This document shows, piece after piece, positions 17,057 to 22,862 of a DNA stretch of 39,345 nt; position 1 is the first letter of the stretch, and each line of letters opens with the position of its first letter. The position numbers and the translations under genes are program-made. Origin of the DNA: an uncultured Nitrososphaerota archaeon (GTDB lineage Archaea > Thermoproteota > CAYNNH01); NCBI GenBank assembly GCA_964398605.1, contig CAYNNH010000002.1, positions 1 to 39,345 on the forward strand. Direction: 5' to 3'. The notes under the pieces are model-generated. The model had not been told where the DNA came from. It was given only the letters and a program-made list of their open reading frames with translations, and made no database searches.

Positions 17057-17686
17057 ATGCTAACGACGTCTTGCGGGGGCTTAGATCGGATCCTAGGGGG
17101 AGGACTAGAAGATGGGAAAGTTTACTTGTTGTACGGGAAAGCGGGAACGGGGAAGACGATCCTCTCGTTGAAAATCGCCTGTAATGCGTCTAAGCTCGGA
17201 AACGTCGTTTATCTCGACCCGGGAAGGAACGTGCACCCCGGCGCGTTGTGGGAGGCTTTCGCGTTAGGCGGAGGGAATGCCGAGCACATCCAAATAGTAG
17301 TCCCCGAAACCTTCGAAGATCAAACGAGGTTTCTTGAAAAGACCGTAGGAGCGAGGTTGGCCGCCCTCGTAGTCGACGACATATGCGCTTTGTATTCCCA
17401 GAAGTTGATCGAGAGGGGGCCGTTTGACCTGAGCAAGGAACTCAACAGGCAGATGGCTCTGATCAAGGAAATATCGAAGAAAGCGCCTTGTCCGGCTTTC
17501 GTCACCAGCCACGTACACACGACCCTTCAAGGAGTTGTGGAACCTCCCTCTTACCGCATTTTAAGGCACTGGTCGGATTTCGTCCTCAAAATCGAGAAGT
17601 TACGTAGGGTCATCGAGATAAGCGTCGAGAAGCCGTACAAGACCTTCGTACGGCTGAGTCTGGAAGAACTAACGTGGGAAGCGTGA
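17057..17686 (+). CDS. RecA-superfamily ATPase paralog (RadB/aRadC/KaiC-like)
   Basis: GGLDRILGGGLEDGKVYLLYGKAGTGKT (Walker A) and Walker B LVVDD. It is short (209 aa). Confidence 0.7.
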   Translation: MLTTSCGGLDRILGGGLEDGKVYLLYGKAGTGKTILSLKIACNASKLGNVVYLDPGRNVHPGALWEAFALGGGNAEHIQIVVPETFEDQTRFLEKTVGARLAALVVDDICALYSQKLIERGPFDLSKELNRQMALIKEISKKAPCPAFVTSHVHTTLQGVVEPPSYRILRHWSDFVLKIEKLRRVIEISVEKPYKTFVRLSLEELTWEA

Positions 17687-18186
17687 TTGACTTCCTCATC
17701 GCCCTAGGCTGGGCGATTTGGTACGTCCTTCCCGCCTACATAGCGAACGCCATGCCTACTATCCTCGGAGGTGGCGTTCCTATTGATGGAGGGAAGAAAA
17801 TGGGCGATGGTCGACCAGTTTTCGGTTCCCACAAGACGGTGAGGGGCTTCGGTGTGGGCGTACTCTTCGGGAGCCTTGTCGGTTTCGTTCAAGCCGCGAC
17901 TTTAGGCCCCATTTTGAGAATCTGCTCAGGAATTCTGCAGGGCTTGGGGGCCATGTTAGGGGACCTCGCTGGATCCTTCATCAAAAGGAGGAAGGGTATT
18001 AAGCCGGGAGACCCGCTCCCCCTTTTAGACCAGCTCGATTTCGTCCTCGGAGCCGTCGCTCTTTCCTACTTGGTGGAACCCTTCAGTCTTATCACGTTTC
18101 TCTTGATCCTGTCCATAACACCCCCACTTCACGTGCTAACCAACGTAATCGCCTACTTGCTCAAGATAAAAGAAAAGCCTTGGTAA
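17683..18186 (+). CDS. carS: CDP-archaeol synthase (DUF46 family)
   Basis: LPAYIANAMPTILGGG.PID.G....DGRPVFGSHKTVRGF matches the CarS signature, and the protein is multi-TM. The probable GTG at 17683 overlaps the upstream stop (GTGA). The alternative is GTG 17674. Confidence 0.8.
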   Translation: MIDFLIALGWAIWYVLPAYIANAMPTILGGGVPIDGGKKMGDGRPVFGSHKTVRGFGVGVLFGSLVGFVQAATLGPILRICSGILQGLGAMLGDLAGSFIKRRKGIKPGDPLPLLDQLDFVLGAVALSYLVEPFSLITFLLILSITPPLHVLTNVIAYLLKIKEKPW

Positions 18187-18597
18187 TTAGCCCAAGAGTT
18201 CCTTCAGCAATTCCGCGTACTGCTGGGGAGTTAGAAGCTTGCCCTTTTCCTCCTCCAGATTCGAGGGCCTGATGACGCAGATCCAGCCCTCGCCATAGGG
18301 GTCTTGGTTTACGAGTTCCGGAGCGTCTTCCAGTTTCTTGTTCACCTCCACGACTTCCCCCGAAACTGGGGCGTAAACGTCGCTGGCCACCTTCACGCTC
18401 TCGACTGTCCCGAGGGGCTTCATGTGCTCCGCCTTAGCGCCCACTTCCGGGAGGCTTACGTAGACTATCTCGTGCAACATCTTCTGGGCGTAGTCGGTTA
18501 TGCCGATCCTAACGAGGCCGTTGGGTTCTATTTTCGCCCACTCGTGCTCCCTCGTGTAAAGGAGGTCTTCCCTCACCTCGTAACCATCCACCTTCAT
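18187..18597 (-). CDS. gcvH: Glycine cleavage system H protein
   Basis: HEWAK, and the lipoyl-lysine motif GTVESVKVASDVYAPVSGEVVEVN. Its stop abuts the carS stop (taatta). Confidence 0.9.
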   Translation of the reverse strand: MKVDGYEVREDLLYTREHEWAKIEPNGLVRIGITDYAQKMLHEIVYVSLPEVGAKAEHMKPLGTVESVKVASDVYAPVSGEVVEVNKKLEDAPELVNQDPYGEGWICVIRPSNLEEEKGKLLTPQQYAELLKELLG

Positions 18598-18619
18598 GCT
18601 GAGAATTTACGCTCCGAAT

Positions 18620-19750
18620 TTATTCGGTTGTCCTCTTCCAGCCGTATCTCGACTCGTCGTAGAAGGGCCATCGGACGACTTTGGCTTTCGCCTTCCGGTT
18701 TTTCATCGCAACGTAGACATCCTGCCCTTCCTTTGCGTATTCTATCGAAACGTAGCCCATCCCAATCCCCTTTCGGAGTATGGGGGAATATGTTCCACTC
18801 GTGACGAAGCCGATTTCTTCCCCGTCCGACCATATGGCTTGTCCGTGGCGGGGTATGCCCTTGTCCACCATCTCGATGCCTACTCTCTTCCGCTTGATGC
18901 CCTCCTCGAGAACCTTCAGTATGGCGTCCCTCCCGATGAAGTCGCCCTTCTTCAGCTTCACGACGAACTTCAGGTCGGCCTCGATGGGATTGGTTTCCTC
19001 CGTGATGTCGTTGCCGTAAAGGCACATGCCCGCTTCTAGGCGCAGGGAGTCCCTCGCTCCCAATCCGCAGGGCTTTATCCCAAATTCTTTCCCAGCTTCC
19101 AGCATGGAATTCCACAATTGGAGGACGGGATCGGGCTCCTCGAGCGGAACGTCGAAGAGTATCAACTCGAAGCCGTCCTCCCCCGTGTAGCCAGTCCGCG
19201 TAACGAGAACTTCGCGTCCCTCGTGCTTGAAGAGAAGGCCTCTAAAGCGTCTGACAGTTGCTAGGTCTTTTTTCAGGGCTTTCTCCAAAACCTTGACGGC
19301 GTAGGGCCCTTGAACCGCGATCATGGGGGCCTCGTCGGAAATGTCCCTTAGCTGAACGTCGAACGAGCGCGAGTTCTCCCGCAACCAGTTGAAGTCTTTT
19401 TCGCGGTTGGAAGCGTTGTACACGAGGAGGAACTTCTCCTCTGAAAGGCGACATATGGTCAGGTCGTCCTTGATCCCCCCAGAGGGGTTGCAGAAGAGCG
19501 TATATTGAACTTGGAAGTCCTTGAGGCGACGCACGTTGTTCGTCGTCACGTAGTTGAGGAAAGGTAGGGCGTCCTTACCCTCGACTAGGCACCTCCCCAT
19601 GTGGGTTACGTCGAAAACTCCCACAGCGTTCCGTACGGCTAGGTGCTCGGGGATTATTCCTTCGTACCAAAGGGGCATCGAGAAACCCGCGAACTCCCCC
19701 ATACGGGCTCTTTCCACGTGCCATTCGTAGAGGTGGGTCTTCTTCGCCAC
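18620..19750 (-). CDS. gcvT: Glycine cleavage system T protein (aminomethyltransferase)
   Basis: 376 aa with LYEWH, MPLWY, AVGVFDVTHMG, RTGYTGEDGFEL and RLEAGMCLYGND. GTG start. Confidence 0.9.
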   Translation of the reverse strand: MAKKTHLYEWHVERARMGEFAGFSMPLWYEGIIPEHLAVRNAVGVFDVTHMGRCLVEGKDALPFLNYVTTNNVRRLKDFQVQYTLFCNPSGGIKDDLTICRLSEEKFLLVYNASNREKDFNWLRENSRSFDVQLRDISDEAPMIAVQGPYAVKVLEKALKKDLATVRRFRGLLFKHEGREVLVTRTGYTGEDGFELILFDVPLEEPDPVLQLWNSMLEAGKEFGIKPCGLGARDSLRLEAGMCLYGNDITEETNPIEADLKFVVKLKKGDFIGRDAILKVLEEGIKRKRVGIEMVDKGIPRHGQAIWSDGEEIGFVTSGTYSPILRKGIGMGYVSIEYAKEGQDVYVAMKNRKAKAKVVRWPFYDESRYGWKRTTE

Positions 19751-19753
19751 TCC

Positions 19754-19774
19754 TTAAAAAGAAGGAGCGTTTAT
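19754..19774. promoter_or_regulatory. Two crossed candidate TATA elements in the 34-bp gcvT/cofE divergent spacer
   Basis: ttaaaaa (19754-19760) lies about 28 nt upstream of the cofE ATG at 19785. tttat (19770-19774, ataaa on the minus strand) lies about 22 nt upstream of the gcvT GTG at 19750. Confidence 0.3.
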
Positions 19775-19784
19775 CACATGTCCC

Positions 19785-20558
19785 ATGAAGGAGGTGCGTT
19801 TGTTCCCCATAAAAACGCGGCTTCTCCGCGAGGGAGATGATTTGCTGAGCGTTATTAAGGAAAGCATGGCGAAAATGGGCCTCGAGTTCGAGGACGGGGA
19901 TATCCTCGTCGTATCGAGCAAGGCCGTTTCAACGGTCCAAGGGAGGGTGGTGTCCCTGTCGGACATCAGGCCATCCGATAGGGCCAAGGAAGTCGCGCGC
20001 AGATATTTCCTAGATCCGAGAGTAGCCCAGCTCATCGTCGAGGAGGTCGACGTGGTTCTCGGAGGCGTTCCACGCGTCCTTTTAGCTTGCAAAGAGGGGG
20101 ATTGTCTGCCCAACGGCGGGATAGATCGCTCCAATGTCCCCGAGGGGCACGTCGCCTTGTATCCGAAAGACCCCATGTCGTACGCCGAGTGGTTGAGGAG
20201 GAGGATCCTCTACGAGTGCGGGGCGAAGGTCGGGGTCGTAATCGCCGATAGCCGCGTTCAGCCATCGAGGGTGGGAACCGTGGGCATCGCCATAGGAGTC
20301 GCCGGAATGGAGCCCGTCGAGGATTTAAGGGGGGAGAAGGACCTCTTCGGGAAGGTCCTCTGCGTAACGAGGAGAGCGATAGCGGACCAAATAGCGTCGG
20401 CGGCGGAGCTTCTCATGGGGGAAAGCGATGAGAGGATACCTGCCGTGCTCGTAAGAGGGCTAAGCGTTCAGCTCACGGACAGAAAAATAAGAAAAGAGGA
20501 GTTCGTCATCGAGTTCGACGAGTGCCTCTTCTTGAGGCAGATCTCACCTCTATTTTGA
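19785..20558 (+). CDS. cofE: CofE-like F420-0:gamma-glutamyl ligase family protein
   Basis: GDILVVSSKAVS, NGGIDRSN, VIADSRVQPSRVGTVGIAIGVAG, ADQIASAAELLMGESDERIPAVLVRG. Confidence 0.75.
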   Translation: MKEVRLFPIKTRLLREGDDLLSVIKESMAKMGLEFEDGDILVVSSKAVSTVQGRVVSLSDIRPSDRAKEVARRYFLDPRVAQLIVEEVDVVLGGVPRVLLACKEGDCLPNGGIDRSNVPEGHVALYPKDPMSYAEWLRRRILYECGAKVGVVIADSRVQPSRVGTVGIAIGVAGMEPVEDLRGEKDLFGKVLCVTRRAIADQIASAAELLMGESDERIPAVLVRGLSVQLTDRKIRKEEFVIEFDECLFLRQISPLF

Positions 20559-20697
20559 GGGATTTGAGTTGTATGCTCAATTTGGCCTTGCATTTCGGAC
20601 AACGCCTATCGTACTTCTTCGCAATATCGCGGGGGGACTTTAACTCCGTTCCCTTGTACAGCACGTAGCCGCAGTTCGAGCACTTGATGATGAGCAA
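20506..20697 (-). CDS. Small zinc-ribbon protein (CxxC...CxxC), function unknown
   Basis: The TTG-initiated ORF is MLIIKCSNCGYVLY...RRCPKCKAKL. Two CxxC pairs spaced 22 aa apart argue it is real. Its 3' end overlaps the cofE 3' end by 53 nt. Confidence 0.4.
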   Translation of the reverse strand: MLIIKCSNCGYVLYKGTELKSPRDIAKKYDRRCPKCKAKLSIQLKSLKIEVRSASRRGTRRTR

Positions 20698-20703
20698 GCT
20701 ATA

Positions 20704-21156
20704 ATGGAATACCGGTCAAATAAAAGAATGGCTAGAAGGCTGAGGAGGATTCGATCCCGTTTCAAGAGACTATTTAGGTTGAGGCCTGGGTGGAAGGAGA
20801 GGTTGAGGCCTTACCTCATCATTGCTTTCGTTTGCCTCTTCTTGTTCATAGCGGGAGGGGGACTGTACGATATAACCGAGAGGCCGGGGGCCTTAGTGGG
20901 CTACCGCGGAGGCGGGTTGCCTTCCTTCGTTGCCCTTTATTCGCTGGGCGATCAAACGCTAACGGAAAGCATATTCAGCATGGTCCTCCTCGGCATAGGC
21001 GTTTTAGGTTGTTGGATAGCCTACGAGGGAACTAGGTACGTCTACGACGTGCGGAAGGGGACTATGTACATCATCATAGGCGTAGTTCTCATCGTCGTAG
21101 CAGTCGTTACGCTGATGTACATCCTGCGCATCAAGCTGTACGGTCCTTATGCGTAG
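20704..21156 (+). CDS. 3-TM membrane protein resembling the eukaryotic OSTC/DC2 (Ost3/6 membrane-domain) oligosaccharyltransferase subunit
   Basis: It has a basic N-terminal tail and three hydrophobic helices. The by-eye alignment to human OSTC (from memory) is ITGGIIYDVIVEPPSVG vs [36 protein letters not shown]..GGLGF vs [24 protein letters not shown], and the C-terminal MRMKLPGY vs LRIKLYGPY. The length is the same (149 vs 150 aa). Confidence 0.55.
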   Translation: [150 protein letters not shown]

Positions 21157-21724
21157 TTCTCTCCGCCTAGAAAAAGCTATCAAAAACTGCCGAGCGTGCT
21201 CCTTCGTCGACAAGCCCTTCGTCACGTACGGCGCTTACAGGAAGTGGCTACCAGAAAAGGTCAGGGTGCTCGCAGTAGGCGAATCCCCTCCTCCCGGCAG
21301 GAAGCGCTCCTTCTTCTACAACCTCGCCCAGTTTGATAGACTGAGGCTATCCATGAGGCTCATAACGGGGAAGCGAGAGGAAGAGCTCTTGCGGTGGCTC
21401 AAGAGAAGGGGGATTTTCATAACGGCGGCGGTGAAGTGCAGGCCTCCGAAGCCTTCCGACATAACCTCCATGCGTAAGAAGTGCGAGCGATGGCTCCGCA
21501 TGGAAATCGAGTTGCTGAGGCCGGAGAGGATCGTAGCCATGGGGAGGACGGCTGTTCGCTCTTTGTGCACTGTACTAGGCTTAAGAGAGCCGGATAGCGT
21601 TAGGGATTTGGTGGAAGTCGAAAAAAGAGGTTATAGAATTGCCTTTGGACCTCACCCCAATTACGTCTTCAGGTTCAGACGGGATATCTCGAAGGATTAC
21701 CTTAGGATTCTAATCTTCGAATAG
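21149..21724 (+). CDS. Uracil-DNA glycosylase superfamily protein (divergent family 4/5-like, Fe-S type)
   Basis: CRAC near the N-terminus, VLAVGESPPPG in place of the GEAPG motif, ITAAVKCRPP, KKCERWL, IVAMG and GPHPNY. It overlaps the upstream gene by 8 nt. Confidence 0.65.
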   Translation: MRSSLRLEKAIKNCRACSFVDKPFVTYGAYRKWLPEKVRVLAVGESPPPGRKRSFFYNLAQFDRLRLSMRLITGKREEELLRWLKRRGIFITAAVKCRPPKPSDITSMRKKCERWLRMEIELLRPERIVAMGRTAVRSLCTVLGLREPDSVRDLVEVEKRGYRIAFGPHPNYVFRFRRDISKDYLRILIFE

Positions 21725-22862
21725 GGACGACGATTTCCTCCTTGTAGCCGCTTATCACACGCATATACTTGGGGAATTGGGCGTCCAGATCGGGATCTCC
21801 CGTGTCCACCCTCAAGAAAGGAGTGTTGGCAATTTTGTAGGGGGTAGCCACGACGGTTACGTTCTCGATGCCTACCTGTTTCAGGACTTCGGCGCTTATT
21901 TGCTGATTCCCTCTCCCAAAGATGAAACCTTGTCTTCCTATGGGCGTGACTATGATGCGAGCTTTGGAATGCTTCCTCAGCAAGGAAAGTATTTGCTTCT
22001 CGTTTACGTCCCTCGCGACCAGTTTCCCGTTTAAATATACGTCAACCCCTAGCAAGGTTTTCGGTTGGTTCAGGGCGTCAGCGATGGCCTTCGTCGTCGT
22101 CCCCGGCCCTATGATGTACAGCACATCCTTCTCCATCCTCTCGACGACCTCTTTCGCGATCCCCCTCTTCGCTTCCCTTTCGTCGGGCGTGAAGGGACTC
22201 GCCATCTTCGTGCCTTGGATGAGTTGCGGCTCGTAAGGAGTTTTTACGTAGCCGTAGAGCTTGGCGGAAAGCCTCCCTTCCCTGAAGGCCTCCTCGTCCA
22301 CGTCCATGACTTCCGCGTACTCGACCGAGAGCTCGCCATCGAAGAATCGCCTCACTATGGTAGCGGCCGCTTCGGGACTTTCGGCGAAAACGGAACTATG
22401 CATTTTTACTCCCGTCGGTATGCCCAAGACCGGGACGTCTTCCCCCACGGCGTCCAAAATGTCCCTAGCGGTTCCGTCTCCTCCCGCGAATACGATCAAG
22501 TCCACCTTCTCTTTCATGGCCCGGGCGGCTTCCTTCGTGTCCTCGGCGGTCGTCTTCTCCTTCGGTTCCCCTATGATCTGAGCTTCAATTCCACAAGAGA
22601 AGCACTCTTCCTCCCCCATGGGGCGGGCCGCGGTGGTGACGGAAATGTCGTCCATCCCCAGCTTCTTGAGGGCCTTCAGAAAGCGGATGGTCCTAGCGGG
22701 AGAAACGGGCTTTGCTCCCAGCTCGATGGCTTTTCTGAGGATTTCCTCCCCATCCGTTCCCTTAAGGCCTACCGATCCTCCCATTCCCGCTATGGGGTTT
22801 ACGATGAGGCCTAATCGGCCCAATTCATCCCTATGAGGACTTCCTTTTCGCCTATGCGCCAC
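21702..22862 (-). CDS. ATP-NAD kinase-like protein (COG3199 / AcoX-like)
   Basis: LIVNPIAGMGGSVGLKGTDG, FAGGDGTARD and GIPTGVKMHS. The start is uncertain (ATG 22862 or TTG 22823); both overlap the ileS 3' end. Confidence 0.7.
   Translation of the reverse strand: MAHRRKGSPHRDELGRLGLIVNPIAGMGGSVGLKGTDGEEILRKAIELGAKPVSPARTIRFLKALKKLGMDDISVTTAARPMGEEECFSCGIEAQIIGEPKEKTTAEDTKEAARAMKEKVDLIVFAGGDGTARDILDAVGEDVPVLGIPTGVKMHSSVFAESPEAAATIVRRFFDGELSVEYAEVMDVDEEAFREGRLSAKLYGYVKTPYEPQLIQGTKMASPFTPDEREAKRGIAKEVVERMEKDVLYIIGPGTTTKAIADALNQPKTLLGVDVYLNGKLVARDVNEKQILSLLRKHSKARIIVTPIGRQGFIFGRGNQQISAEVLKQVGIENVTVVATPYKIANTPFLRVDTGDPDLDAQFPKYMRVISGYKEEIVVPIRRLES

Noticed and set aside
20687-20743. A C/D-box-sRNA-like arrangement: ATGATGA at 20687-20693 and CTGA at 20740-20743, 57 nt apart, spanning the Zn-ribbon/OSTC-like divergent starts.
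   Set aside because: It has no credible internal D'/C' boxes and no terminal complementary stem (cactt vs ggagg). Other RTGATGA hits (for example 24120, 30543, and minus-strand 7072, 21070, 26690, 38277) lack a properly spaced CTGA. These are most likely coincidental.
20745-20760. A T-arm-like ggattcgatccc segment, considered as a possible tRNA fragment or attachment-site remnant.
   Set aside because: It lies inside the OSTC-like coding sequence, has no surrounding tRNA-like structure, and does not match the 3' half of the tRNA-Leu at 6572-6657.
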